This document shows, piece by piece, positions 19,216-30,108 of a DNA stretch of 64,000 bases. Each line of letters opens with the position of its first letter. The first letter of the stretch is position 1. The notes beneath the pieces were generated by a model. It saw only the letters and a program-made list of their open reading frames with translations, ran no database searches and was not told the DNA's origin. This DNA comes from an archaeon (GTDB lineage Archaea > Nanobdellota > Nanobdellia > Pacearchaeales > GW2011-AR1): assembly GCA_030620045.1 (NCBI GenBank), contig JAUXAD010000001.1, positions 24,088 through 88,087 on the forward strand. The letters are read 5' to 3'. The translations under genes and the position numbers were made by a program.

Positions 19216-21025
19216 CTTGGTTATTGTTCCAATACTCATACCATTTATAAAATAAAAAAAGTCTTGTTTTGTAAGTCATAGAAACCTTATCCTTTTTATT
19301 CAAGATTTTAAGGGAAAAACTTTTCCATTCTTTGTTCAAAAGATTTTTTTTATCTAATTCATTTATTATACGATTAAAATCGTTTTTTTCATTTACCCAT
19401 TCGACTATTGGAGGCATAAAGCCTTCTTTTTTTCTTTTTATTATCTTTTTAGGGAGATAGTTTTTTAACATCTCTTTCATAAGTATTTTTGTTTCTGAAT
19501 AAGATATCTTCCATTTTGTTGGAATCTTCGATGAAAGTTCAAAAAACCTATAATCGAGAAAAGGGCACCTTACTTCTAAAGATTTAGACATTGAGGTCCT
19601 ATCTGTTTTTGTTAAAAAATTATCCGGGATTGTATAAAAATATAAATCCATCATTATAATTGCTTCTGTTAGATTGTCTTTAGTCAAATTTAGGAAATAT
19701 TTTAATTTCTCTCTCATTAATTTTTTATATATTTCTGGTTTATAAACATAAGATCTTGCTTCTGAATAAAAATCTTCTTTATTAAATAAACTAAGTCTAA
19801 TCCCCTCATTAATATTATTTAATTTAGAATAATTAGGAATAATTTTTAATAAAATTTTTCTAAAAAATATTGGAATTTTTTTTAATAATTCTATTTTAGA
19901 AGCAATATTATATCTTGGATATCCTCCAAAAATTTCGTCTCCTCCATCTCCACTTAATGAAACAGTGATGTATTTTTTAGACATCTTAGATAAAGGAATA
20001 GAAGGAAACATTGAATGGTCAAAAAAAGGTTCATCAAAATAATAAAACATCTCTTTTAAGAGAGATTCAAAATCATTTCTATTAAAATATTCATGATGAT
20101 GTTTTGTCTTTAGAAGATTCTTCATCATGTCTGAATAAGGTGTCTCATCATTACCTTCCTTAAATCCTATAGAAAAAGTATGTAATTTTTTTAAATCGAC
20201 AAATTTTGACATTTTAGAAACGATTGCAGAACTATCTAGCCCTCCACTAAGAAAGGCGCCTAATGGAACATCAGAGATTAATCTTAAATTTATCGAATCT
20301 TCAAATATTTTATCTGCTTCTTTAATAAGCTGTTTTTTATTTTCTACAGGAGTATATTTAGGAATTTTATAATAGTATTCTTTTTTTAGAGTAGTTTTAT
20401 TTATATCAAAAACAAGATTTTGCCTAGCCTCAAGCTTGAAAATATTTTTGTATATTGAGAAAGGGGCAGGGATAAACCCCATTGAAAGATATAAATCAAC
20501 TCCTTTTTCATTTATTTCAACATTTATTTTATGTTTAATAATTGCTTTTAGTTCTGAAGAGAAAATAAATTTCTTTCCATCGTAGAAATAATAAAGAGGT
20601 TTTTTCCCAGCTCTGTCTCTGCTTAAAAATAAAATTTTTTTATTCATATCATAAATACAAAAAGCCCACATTCCATTAAATTTTTTAACACAATCAACCC
20701 CCCACTCTAAATAACTTGCTAAAATGACTTCTGTATCTGTTTTACTTTTAAATTTATATCCCTTTTTTTCTAAATCTTTTTTTAGTTCAGAAAAATTATA
20801 GATTTCTCCATTATGTACAATTATTACTTTTCTTTTTTTATGGGAATAAGTCATTGGTTGTGAACCTTTTTTAGATAAATCTATTATTGAAAGTCTTCTA
20901 TGTCCAAGGGAAACAATTTTATTAGAATAAATACCTTCAGAATCAGGGCCCCTATGTTTAAGAGAATCATTCATTCTTTTCAATGTATTTCTATTTACAA
21001 AGTTGAATCCGTTTATTCCACACAT
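19202..21025 (-). CDS. asnB: asparagine synthase (glutamine-hydrolysing)-type amidotransferase
   Basis: MCGING, HRGPD, LSGGLDSS, SGDGGDEIFGGY. Confidence 0.95.
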   Translation of the reverse strand: MCGINGFNFVNRNTLKRMNDSLKHRGPDSEGIYSNKIVSLGHRRLSIIDLSKKGSQPMTYSHKKRKVIIVHNGEIYNFSELKKDLEKKGYKFKSKTDTEVILASYLEWGVDCVKKFNGMWAFCIYDMNKKILFLSRDRAGKKPLYYFYDGKKFIFSSELKAIIKHKINVEINEKGVDLYLSMGFIPAPFSIYKNIFKLEARQNLVFDINKTTLKKEYYYKIPKYTPVENKKQLIKEADKIFEDSINLRLISDVPLGAFLSGGLDSSAIVSKMSKFVDLKKLHTFSIGFKEGNDETPYSDMMKNLLKTKHHHEYFNRNDFESLLKEMFYYFDEPFFDHSMFPSIPLSKMSKKYITVSLSGDGGDEIFGGYPRYNIASKIELLKKIPIFFRKILLKIIPNYSKLNNINEGIRLSLFNKEDFYSEARSYVYKPEIYKKLMREKLKYFLNLTKDNLTEAIIMMDLYFYTIPDNFLTKTDRTSMSKSLEVRCPFLDYRFFELSSKIPTKWKISYSETKILMKEMLKNYLPKKIIKRKKEGFMPPIVEWVNEKNDFNRIINELDKKNLLNKEWKSFSLKILNKKDKVSMTYKTRLFLFYKWYEYWNNNQVTLS

Positions 21026-21067
21026 GACAATCAAATAGAATTAAGGTTTATAAAATTATTAATAAAA

Positions 21068-21958
21068 TTAACCACTAAATTTATTGAATTTTATTTTTTT
21101 ATTTTTTAGGAAAATTCTTATTACACGGTAAGGAATAATAATTAGGTAATCTATTAGTAAAATAAGAAACTTAGAAGGATTTTTTTTGTCAAATCTTCGT
21201 GATTCTATTGAAAAGAGTAGCTTCTGGGTTAGATGAGGATTTTCTTTTGCTTGTAAAACTGTTTTATAATGATTTCCATAAACCGAACCTTGATAAGTAA
21301 GATATCCCTCAAGCCAGTAGACTTTCATTTTGTTCATTTTTTCATAATATCTCATATCAAGATCATGTGGAAAAGATGCTTTTTCCATATTAAGAAATTT
21401 TTTTGCCCCTTCAAATGAGATAAAGTATGAAGCAGTTGTCCTTGTTAAAAATCCATTATAGGGAAAATATTCCAACTTACTTATTCTCTTTTGCCATCTG
21501 AAGTAGATTCCACTGTCAGTATAAGCAACATCAAAAGACCTTGGAAGCTCTTGAATACATTTTATTAACCTATCTAAGAAATCTTCCTCGAGAATTACAT
21601 CATCTTCTAAAATAAGTGCTAAAGAATTTTTTCGCTTAACCACTTTTTTATATATCTCAAGATGGTTTAAGTTAAGATTTAGTTCTGAACTGTTGGGTTT
21701 TAGAAGTTTCTTAGGACCATCGACAAACTTAAGCCTCCTTGTCCATTCTTCTTGAGAAATAAAATTAAACTTGGAAAACTCCTTTTCTGTATATTGGCCC
21801 GGCTTTTGAATAAACCAAGATACAAATTTATCTAACCCTATTTCTCTCAACCTCTTTTTTAAATAAGTCCTTCTTTCCTTAAGGGGGAGATAATTTATTA
21901 CATATATTTTAATATTTTTTTCTTTAATCAACTTAGTAACAGTAGAAATTTTCTTCAT
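21068..21958 (-). CDS. GT25-like glycosyltransferase
   Basis: IYVINY...ERR, ALILEDDV, TASYFIS. Confidence 0.8.
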   Translation of the reverse strand: MKKISTVTKLIKEKNIKIYVINYLPLKERRTYLKKRLREIGLDKFVSWFIQKPGQYTEKEFSKFNFISQEEWTRRLKFVDGPKKLLKPNSSELNLNLNHLEIYKKVVKRKNSLALILEDDVILEEDFLDRLIKCIQELPRSFDVAYTDSGIYFRWQKRISKLEYFPYNGFLTRTTASYFISFEGAKKFLNMEKASFPHDLDMRYYEKMNKMKVYWLEGYLTYQGSVYGNHYKTVLQAKENPHLTQKLLFSIESRRFDKKNPSKFLILLIDYLIIIPYRVIRIFLKNKKIKFNKFSG

Positions 21959-22877
21959 CGAAATTATTTAATGCTATTTTATAATCCTCCCGCAAAGATT
22001 TAATAATTTTAGGGAGTCTCTTTTTATCTGAAGTTTTATGATAAGCAGACAAAGATAGGACAGGTTTATCTTTTTCTATTATTTTTTTGGCACCCAATAA
22101 AACATTTTCCTCAAATCCTTCAACATCCATTTTGATAAATCCTATCTTAGAAATTTTATTCTTTTTAATAAAATCATCAAGTTTAATAACTTCTATTTTT
22201 TCAGAATCTTTACTCTTGATTTTTGAGCCTATTCTTGCTGCACCATCTCCCACGAAATCGAAATGAATAATAGCAGTTTCATTCTTATCCCCCAATGCTT
22301 TTGGAATAACTTTTATTTTTTTACTCAGGCCATTGATCTTTATATTTGTCAATAAGATTTTATTAGTTTTAGAAACTGGTTCAAAAGCATATACTTTTTT
22401 CGCTCCCATGAGAACAGCCAATAAAGAAAATTCCCCATTATGAGATCCTGCATCAATAACAATTTTATTTTTGATGTTTTTTTTATCTAATGCATATTGA
22501 TTATTCACGATAACTCCTCTTAAGTCTCCTAATAAATTAAGTAAATGAATATCCTTTAAATCAAAAGAAATCTTTTTACCTAAAATATAAACTTCTAGTC
22601 TTAAGATTTTTCTAAATTTTATTTTTGGAAAAATTAGGGAAATTAATGCTTGTTCAGTCAATGCAACACCTTTTTTTGTAATCTTTCTAAAATAAGCTGT
22701 TGAAATAATTTTTATTAATTTAGTTTTATTTAGTTTTAAGAAAAATGTTTTCAAAGGCCTCTTTGGATTAATTCTACTTATTAAAAAAAAATTTTTTAGT
22801 CCTGAAGAGCTTATTTCAATCTTTTGGCCAAAATTTGCGATTAACCCAATTTTTTTTATCTTTATTTTTTCTATCAT
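21933..22877 (-). CDS. FkbM-family methyltransferase
   Basis: IDAGSHNG, YAFEP, IKMDVEGFE. Confidence 0.9.
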   Translation of the reverse strand: MIEKIKIKKIGLIANFGQKIEISSSGLKNFFLISRINPKRPLKTFFLKLNKTKLIKIISTAYFRKITKKGVALTEQALISLIFPKIKFRKILRLEVYILGKKISFDLKDIHLLNLLGDLRGVIVNNQYALDKKNIKNKIVIDAGSHNGEFSLLAVLMGAKKVYAFEPVSKTNKILLTNIKINGLSKKIKVIPKALGDKNETAIIHFDFVGDGAARIGSKIKSKDSEKIEVIKLDDFIKKNKISKIGFIKMDVEGFEENVLLGAKKIIEKDKPVLSLSAYHKTSDKKRLPKIIKSLREDYKIALNNFDEENFYCY

Positions 22878-22936
22878 TTTTTATGAAAAATTAGTAGATT
22901 TAAAGATTTATGCTAGTTTAGAAATATCTCTCTTTA

Positions 22937-24232
22937 TCAACAATTATAAATTTTATGAGCTGCTTTAGAGTTAGCATTATATCTATCAGCAAATTTCATA
23001 AACTCAATTATTTTTTCTCGAGGTACATTTCCTGCCAAAACCTTCATGCTATGATGATTAGCCTCTTCTCTTGCAAAATCAATGCCATTACCCTGTTTTG
23101 AGAATCCGGTTCCTGGGTAAGGAGTATAGATCGAGGTGCTAATATAAGAAGGCCTCACGTTATTAATTAATTCCATAGTTTTATCTACATCAGCAGAGAT
23201 TTCGCCAGGAACTCCTACCATAATATAGGCTAACCAAGGGATAGAATGTTTATTAATCAATTTCGCCGCATATTCTATTTGTGAGATAGTAATTCGTTTA
23301 TTCATCAAATCCAACACATTTTGACTCCCACTTTCAATTCCAACTTTAATCATAGAACATCCAGAGCAAGCCATTTTCTCCAACATATTCTCATCAAGCT
23401 TATCGACTCGAGTTAGACAACCCCATTTATAACCTCTATCACTAATCTTCTTACAAAATTCTCCAACCCGCTTCTTCTCCAATGTGAATGTGTCATCAAC
23501 CAAATAAAATTGATTTGTTCCATAAGTATTATGTATAGAATCCATTTCTCTTATTACATCATCAATATCTCTTTTTCTTACAATTTTCCCCCATAGGCTT
23601 TCTGAGCAACAAAAATTACAAGACCCAGAACAACCACGAGCAGTCATAACAAAACCCAGATCATTGGGCTGATAATCCTTTAACCCGATTAATGTTTCTC
23701 TTGCTGGCCATGCCAAATATTTAATATCTCTTATTCTATCTGCTTTTACAACTTTTTCGGTTAATGCTCTCTCAAAAACAGCCTCCCCTTCTCCCTGTAC
23801 AACACTATCAACATAATTACTTTGTAATGCATCCTCAGGATAGATTGTTACATGGGGTCCACCAGCTATAACCCTTTCTACTCCTAGACTTTTAGCAATT
23901 TGTGCTATTTTTAACCCACTCCTTAACTTAGTTGAAATCATAGAAATACCAACTACGTCGGGCTTTGATTCCTCAATATGCGATGCGATGCTACTCCATA
24001 TGGGGTGATTTCCATTATGCAAATTATTCAAATATTCATCATAATGCTCTATTTTCGCCATAAACGGATATGGAATCCCGTTAGGATTATAATCTGAATC
24101 AAGAACCTCAACAGAATGTCCCTTTCTTTTCAACTCCCCAGCTAAAGAAAGTAATCCAATCGGAATTCCGTTTTTAGAGAAATTCATAAACTTCTGGAAT
24201 GGGGGATCTATCAATAAAATTTTCTTTCTCAT
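22937..24232 (-). CDS. cobalamin-binding radical SAM enzyme
   Basis: GGPHVT, RGCSGSCNFC, DDTF, GIESGS. Confidence 0.9.
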   Translation of the reverse strand: MRKKILLIDPPFQKFMNFSKNGIPIGLLSLAGELKRKGHSVEVLDSDYNPNGIPYPFMAKIEHYDEYLNNLHNGNHPIWSSIASHIEESKPDVVGISMISTKLRSGLKIAQIAKSLGVERVIAGGPHVTIYPEDALQSNYVDSVVQGEGEAVFERALTEKVVKADRIRDIKYLAWPARETLIGLKDYQPNDLGFVMTARGCSGSCNFCCSESLWGKIVRKRDIDDVIREMDSIHNTYGTNQFYLVDDTFTLEKKRVGEFCKKISDRGYKWGCLTRVDKLDENMLEKMACSGCSMIKVGIESGSQNVLDLMNKRITISQIEYAAKLINKHSIPWLAYIMVGVPGEISADVDKTMELINNVRPSYISTSIYTPYPGTGFSKQGNGIDFAREEANHHSMKVLAGNVPREKIIEFMKFADRYNANSKAAHKIYNC

Positions 24233-24294
24233 ATTATTTTAGAAAGTTATACATTTAAAACTTTTCCGATACTTTAGTATGTATAATAATTGAA

Positions 24295-25083
24295 TTAATA
24301 TCCACTCCTTTTTTTAAAAATGGCCTTAATAATTGAACTTCTTTTTATAAAATTTGGGAATATTTTTCTAACAACATTAAACTTCTTTTGTAAAGTAATA
24401 AAAATTATTGGGCTTACAAGTGAAGGGATTGGTGATTTGGTTTTTTCTAGTTCTTTTTTTAAAAAACTATTGGATTTAATCTTACCCTTTCTTACATATA
24501 AAATAGTGTTTTGATAATACCAAGGTTCAACATTTTCATTCCCCCAAAAATTAAGACGAATTGCATCAATTGCAACAAATCCCTCTTTTCTGAATCTCTT
24601 TTCCCAATAATCTGGCCATTGTTCATTAACATGGTTTGTTCCTCCTCCCTGATCTGGAATAGAAGCGGAAAATAAAACTATATCACTACATGATGTTAAA
24701 CTTTTAACTAAAGCGTCTCCAGCTTCTTTATTTAAATGTTCAGCGACCTCTAAAGATAATGCAATATCATATTTTTTAATTGGCTTAAATGATTTTATTA
24801 AATCATTTAAATTATGTATTATAAGGTTCTTTTGATTAATTACAAGTGATTCATTAGAGTTTGTTCCATCGACCCCAGTTATATCTTTCACACCCATATC
24901 CTCAAATATCTTTAACCAAGTTCCACATCCGCAACCTATATCTATCACACTATTAATCTTTAAATTTTTTAACAAAAAAGGGACAATCTCCTTCGCAGAG
25001 TTTAATGAACCCTTTTTCAAGTTCTTAAAAAACTCTGAATCATAATTTTCATGATTAGACATTTTATTTAGGCAAGACTCCAA
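24295..25083 (-). CDS. class I SAM methyltransferase (glycan-associated)
   Basis: IDIGCGCG, LEVAEHL, GTNHVNEQ. Confidence 0.88.
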   Translation of the reverse strand: MESCLNKMSNHENYDSEFFKNLKKGSLNSAKEIVPFLLKNLKINSVIDIGCGCGTWLKIFEDMGVKDITGVDGTNSNESLVINQKNLIIHNLNDLIKSFKPIKKYDIALSLEVAEHLNKEAGDALVKSLTSCSDIVLFSASIPDQGGGTNHVNEQWPDYWEKRFRKEGFVAIDAIRLNFWGNENVEPWYYQNTILYVRKGKIKSNSFLKKELEKTKSPIPSLVSPIIFITLQKKFNVVRKIFPNFIKRSSIIKAIFKKRSGY

Positions 25084-25189
25084 ACTTTTTAGATTTTAAA
25101 TTCAATGTAATCAACGAATAATACATAATAGCACTATATTTTATCATCTTTTTAAAGTATTTTATTCATTCGTTGTAGTATGAATCAAA

Positions 25190-25245
25190 AAATCCCCCAC
25201 ATACATTTTAACAAAATCAATCCTTTTTAATTTCTGCCCAGAATC
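25190..25245 (-). pseudogene. possible FkbM methyltransferase remnant
   Basis: Translates KLKRIDFVKMYVG, like the FkbM IDFIKMDVEG motif. Confidence 0.4.
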
Positions 25246-25342
25246 TGAAACAAGAACAATTTTTTTATTTTAAATCATCCATATTCAATTTGACAAATAA
25301 AACTTTAAAAACTATCCAATTCAAAAAAAGCCTATTAAGAGT

Positions 25343-26707
25343 TTAAACCCCACCATATTTCACATAATCTTTCAACGTCTCTTTCTTATCCTTCTTTAAA
25401 TCTTCATGCATTTTCGTTCCAGGAAAAGCCGCACAAGACGAAAGCTGAAAATGTCTATACTTATTAGCCCGATGAGGAAACCCAAGATTTTGCTCATAAC
25501 CCATCTCTTCCAAAATTTTCATATCCTTCAAATGAATTTCCTTAGTCTGCCCAGGAAGATTTTTCATCATAGTCAAATGAAACATAATCTTCGGGTACTT
25601 TTTCGAAAGATTTTTTATCGTGTCTAAAAAATTAATATTTTCCAACCCTTTATTAACATTTTTCAAAACATCTCTATTGAATGTTTCAACACCAAATCTC
25701 ACACCCACACATCCACAATTAATCATTTTTTCAAATAACCACTGAGGAGAACAATCCAACCTTCCCATAACAGTCCAAGGAAGTCCAATTTTTTTCAACC
25801 CATCACTTAATTCACTAATTCTCTCTGTCCCCAAATTAAATGTATCATCATCAAAAAAAATACTTTTGTATTTATGCCTTTTAAGATTATCTTTAATTTC
25901 CTGAATAATCTTTTCTGGATTCCTCAAAGAAACCTTTCCGCAATACATAGTTTGTGGCCACATGCAAAAAGTACATTTGAAAGGACATCCTTTGCTTCCC
26001 CAAATTTGAAGCTGTGGGCTAAGAGTGTTCATAGAAGGATCATAATAATTTGGAGCAGAAGAATAGTCCCTAAATGGGAAAGGCAAAGAATCCAAATTTT
26101 CAACAACTTCTGATTTGTAAACACCACTTTTTTTTGCCTCAACCATTTTTAATGAACTTAAAATATATTCCCCCGGAAGAAAATATTTCACGAAAGGTGC
26201 CTGCCTTTGAACTTCTTCACATTTCAAAGTAAGATGCGGTCCCGCAAGAGCAACCTCAGAAAATTTAGAAACTTCCCTCGCGATTAATAAATCAATATCT
26301 ATAGTCGGAGTCGAACACTCAATCACGACCAGAGAAGGTTTTTTTCTCTTAAGCTTTTTCAAAAAATTAGAATAAGAAAAATATTCATCAGCAATGGCAT
26401 CAAAAATTTCCGCATCATAATTTTTTGACCTTAAATATGAAACAGCATAATTCATTATAAAAGGATAATTTAACGCCCCAAAAGGTTTTTTTGCGGCAAA
26501 GGGCCACCTTGAGCCAGCTCTTTGACCAAATCTAACGCTTCCATAACTAAAGACCAAAAAGTTATATAATCTTTCAAAAATTTTTGGAAGTCGCATTTTT
26601 TTTATACTTCTTAGAAATCTTATCCTAAAATCCTTCTCAATAGAAAAATCCCTTACAACCTCTCCATTATATCTCATAAAAGGCAGATTAACAAAAATCA
26701 CTTTCAT
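25343..26707 (-). CDS. cobalamin-binding radical SAM enzyme
   Basis: KGCPFKCTFC, DDDTF, FGVET. Confidence 0.88.
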   Translation of the reverse strand: MKVIFVNLPFMRYNGEVVRDFSIEKDFRIRFLRSIKKMRLPKIFERLYNFLVFSYGSVRFGQRAGSRWPFAAKKPFGALNYPFIMNYAVSYLRSKNYDAEIFDAIADEYFSYSNFLKKLKRKKPSLVVIECSTPTIDIDLLIAREVSKFSEVALAGPHLTLKCEEVQRQAPFVKYFLPGEYILSSLKMVEAKKSGVYKSEVVENLDSLPFPFRDYSSAPNYYDPSMNTLSPQLQIWGSKGCPFKCTFCMWPQTMYCGKVSLRNPEKIIQEIKDNLKRHKYKSIFFDDDTFNLGTERISELSDGLKKIGLPWTVMGRLDCSPQWLFEKMINCGCVGVRFGVETFNRDVLKNVNKGLENINFLDTIKNLSKKYPKIMFHLTMMKNLPGQTKEIHLKDMKILEEMGYEQNLGFPHRANKYRHFQLSSCAAFPGTKMHEDLKKDKKETLKDYVKYGGV

Positions 26708-27651
26708 TTTAAATCCTTCAAATATCTTAAAAGCAATTTAGATCTCTGTAAAACAGTTTCATCTTTTATTACTCTATTATAGCCTTCTTCAATAATCTTC
26801 TCCCTTTCACCATCATGTTCTAAATAATATTTTATTTTCTCCAATAAATCTTTACCTCCAGAAGTATATACTGCCCCACCACCTAAAACCTTCCTCAAAT
26901 AAGGAACATCATCTGTAATCAAAAATCCCTTACACGCAAGAATCTCAAAAGGCCTCGGCGTAGAAGCATCCATCTCAACAAAACCCCCACCCGTGCAATT
27001 CAAATTAATTTTAGAACTACCATATAAAATAGAAATATTTTCATTAGATATTTTTCCCTTCGATATTTTCCTCAATATCTTTTTATATCTAGGCATAAAA
27101 AAATAAAAATATTTCAACATCTCTTTCTTAGAATATCTCCACCCCCCAAATAATCCAAGATTAAAACGAACAGCAGGCAATATGAATTTCTCCATCCTTT
27201 CCCTACATTTAATATCATTCCCAACATATGTAACATTAAAACAATATTTCTCATTTTTCTCTCTTGGATAAAAAACCGATGTTTCCGCAGCAAATGTCAA
27301 CAACTCACTTTTATTCCCCATTTCTTTAGAAATCTTTCTCGCCTCCTCTGAAACAAATAAATACAAATCAAAACCATTCAACTCTTTCAATTTCTCAATC
27401 GCCTCTTTCCGAGGATATCCATTCTGAAAATATAGCACATGTTTTTTCGCCCACCTCCCAATCAACGGAGTATCATTAAGATAAATCATAAAATCAAATT
27501 TCTCTTCCGGCAATTTATTTGGAGCAAAAAGTTCTGCAGATTTAACCCCCTTTAATTTCAAAAGATTCTTACATAAATAACCAGCATATAAATGATCTCC
27601 TATAAATCTCCCCTCCACAATATTCCACTTTGAATAAAACCCTATTCTCAT
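26704..27651 (-). CDS. CgeB-like glycosyltransferase
   Basis: SKINLN, RPFEILACKGFLITD, IKYYL. Confidence 0.8.
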   Translation of the reverse strand: MRIGFYSKWNIVEGRFIGDHLYAGYLCKNLLKLKGVKSAELFAPNKLPEEKFDFMIYLNDTPLIGRWAKKHVLYFQNGYPRKEAIEKLKELNGFDLYLFVSEEARKISKEMGNKSELLTFAAETSVFYPREKNEKYCFNVTYVGNDIKCRERMEKFILPAVRFNLGLFGGWRYSKKEMLKYFYFFMPRYKKILRKISKGKISNENISILYGSSKINLNCTGGGFVEMDASTPRPFEILACKGFLITDDVPYLRKVLGGGAVYTSGGKDLLEKIKYYLEHDGEREKIIEEGYNRVIKDETVLQRSKLLLRYLKDLK

Positions 27652-28997
27652 TTATTAAATTCCTCAACAATATAATCCCAAAAACTCTTCTTAAACTTTA
27701 TGATTCTAGAAGGTTTTAGCGAGGAGTCCTCCGGAAAACTAGAATTTCCCTCTTTTTTATAGACATCATAATTTGAGATATTCAAATGCTTCGCAAAATT
27801 TATCACAAAATCAAAACGACTCATTCTCTCCCCTCCGCTCAAATGAATAATTTTCTGATTTATTGTCTCCCAATTTTTGATAATCTCCTCCACATTCTCA
27901 CAAAATAATTCCCTCGGTGTCGGCGTAAAATAATTATTCGAAAACATCTCAGTCTTCTCGCCACTTCTTAACTTTTCTAAAATCCACTCAGAGAAAACCC
28001 CTCCCTTCCCAATAACTGCAGAAGTCCTAATTATTTTATAATCAACATCAGAACTCTCTAAAAATTTCTCACAAATTTTTTTCGTAAAACCATAATTTGT
28101 AGTAGGCGATGGGACATCTGTCTCAATATATGGAGCACTCTTCCCGTCAAAAATCCTATCCGAAGAGACATAGATCAACTTCGAATTCAATTCACTCTTT
28201 TTTAAAATCTCAACAAGAGAGAACAATGCTTCCGAATTAATTCTCAAGCCTTCCGCAGGATTTCTTTCACAAAATTCCGGTCTTTCCCCACTTAGCCAAA
28301 TTATAGTCTCTGGTTTTTTACTCAGAATATATTCTTCTAAGACCTTCTTATCAGTAACATCAACCTTATCAAATTCCTCTGAACGATACCCAGTCCCATA
28401 AACTTCAAAATTATTACCCAAAAAATCATAAAGACGCTTCCCAATAAATCCACTAGCCCCCACAATCAACACACTCCCACGATTATCCCTCTTTGAAAGA
28501 ATCGGATTTTTAATAGGATAACTAATATTAAACAACGGATTATCATACCGATACGTAAACTGCTTCAAATTCTCCGGATCATAATAAGACGATTGCTTAT
28601 AATGAAAAATAGCCCTATCACTAATCACAAGATGCGCATTCCCATATTTAGCAGGAACCAACACCTGATTCCTATTTTTTTCCGACAAAAAGAAAGATTC
28701 CCATTTCCCAAAATCTTCAGACTCCTTATCACAATTAACTACAACCAAATAAATTTCCCCCTCGAGACAAGAAATCAATTTCCAAGTTTTCGCATCTCCA
28801 TGAATCCCACGTAAAACATTTTTATAAGAAACCGAAATACAGTCTGTCAGAAACTCAACATTCTCTCCTATTTGTTCCTCAATAATTTTTGAATATTCTT
28901 TTTTATTATAAATCTCAACATAAAAACCCCGATTATCCTCAAAAATATAAGGACTAAACAGCAAGACATTTTTCAATGTCGTTTTCTGAACTTTCAT
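27648..28997 (-). CDS. RmlC-RmlD fusion (dTDP-sugar 3,5-epimerase + reductase)
   Basis: DNRGF, VLRGIH, PILSKRD then GASGFIG, YVSSD, YGFTK. Confidence 0.85.
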   Translation of the reverse strand: MKVQKTTLKNVLLFSPYIFEDNRGFYVEIYNKKEYSKIIEEQIGENVEFLTDCISVSYKNVLRGIHGDAKTWKLISCLEGEIYLVVVNCDKESEDFGKWESFFLSEKNRNQVLVPAKYGNAHLVISDRAIFHYKQSSYYDPENLKQFTYRYDNPLFNISYPIKNPILSKRDNRGSVLIVGASGFIGKRLYDFLGNNFEVYGTGYRSEEFDKVDVTDKKVLEEYILSKKPETIIWLSGERPEFCERNPAEGLRINSEALFSLVEILKKSELNSKLIYVSSDRIFDGKSAPYIETDVPSPTTNYGFTKKICEKFLESSDVDYKIIRTSAVIGKGGVFSEWILEKLRSGEKTEMFSNNYFTPTPRELFCENVEEIIKNWETINQKIIHLSGGERMSRFDFVINFAKHLNISNYDVYKKEGNSSFPEDSSLKPSRIIKFKKSFWDYIVEEFNK

Positions 28998-29214
28998 GTA
29001 AATTGAAAAATGATTTTATTTAAAAAGATAATTGTGATAGAATATTATGTTCATATAATTCCCCTTTTACAAAAGTGATTCTTCCTATTTTCACAGCTAC
29101 CACACCACTATTTCTATAAACATATCTGTGTAGAAGTTTGTCTATTAATTGTTTAAAATTCATTTTGTCGTCAAATTGAATTCGTTGAAAATTCCCTAAA
29201 ATATTAATTTCAAA

Positions 29215-30108
29215 TTATTTAAAAAATCGAATACAATTCTTCATATACTCTTTTCTCGGCACAACAGAATTATTAACAATTAAAGGAAATTCAATTTCTG
29301 ACATAGGAAGCTTCTTTTTATTTTTTTCATAATTAAAGGTATGCGTCGCATTTTCTTCAAATCCTAGATTTGTAACAAGATTTACCTTTGGAATAACACA
29401 AAGAGCCTTCTTCATCATACAACAAAATATCCACTGATAATCCCAAGTATCAATTTTCTTTTTATATGTAAGATTAAACAACCGCCACGATTTCAGTCTA
29501 ATGAATAAAGGAGGATTAGCCATTAAAAAAAATATTCTCCAAGTTCTAAACTTCCCCCACTTCTTCATCTCAACATCATAATGCTCCCATGCCCTTCTCC
29601 ACGTCGCCCAACCCCACGCATTAAAACCATTCGTAAAAAAATAACTCACAGGTATTTTCGTCTCAACCTCCACATTCGTCCCACCTATCTGCATAATCCT
29701 TTCGTCATCCTTATACTTCTCTAAAAGCTCCTGACAAAACCTAAAAAAACTCTGCGAAGGCAAACAATCATCTTCCAAAATTATACCTGATTCAACATTC
29801 TCAAAAAACCAATCAATCGCCGAAGAAACAGCATATTTACATCCCAAATTTTTCTCCCTAAACAAAGTCTTTACCTTACATTCCCAATCCATATTCTTCA
29901 GAATATATTTTCTTACTGCATCAGTTTTCTTTTTTTCTTCATTATCTCTAGGGCCATCTGCCGCAACAAACAATTCTCTCGGCTTCGCTTTTTGAATTTC
30001 TTGAAACACTTGTCCAGTTGTTTTTAATCTATTAAAAACCAAAAAAAGTATTGGTGTTGTTAATTTAAATTTATCTTTTACCATAAATAACTCTCCTATA
30101 AAAATCAA
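29215..30108 (-). CDS. GT-A nucleotide-diphospho-sugar transferase
   Basis: PILFLVFNR, ADGPR, IILEDD, WGWATW. Confidence 0.88.
   Translation of the reverse strand: MIFIGELFMVKDKFKLTTPILFLVFNRLKTTGQVFQEIQKAKPRELFVAADGPRDNEEKKKTDAVRKYILKNMDWECKVKTLFREKNLGCKYAVSSAIDWFFENVESGIILEDDCLPSQSFFRFCQELLEKYKDDERIMQIGGTNVEVETKIPVSYFFTNGFNAWGWATWRRAWEHYDVEMKKWGKFRTWRIFFLMANPPLFIRLKSWRLFNLTYKKKIDTWDYQWIFCCMMKKALCVIPKVNLVTNLGFEENATHTFNYEKNKKKLPMSEIEFPLIVNNSVVPRKEYMKNCIRFFK

Noticed and set aside
29040-29165. Possible gene remnant between the Rml fusion and the GT
   Set aside because: No recognisable motif in any frame
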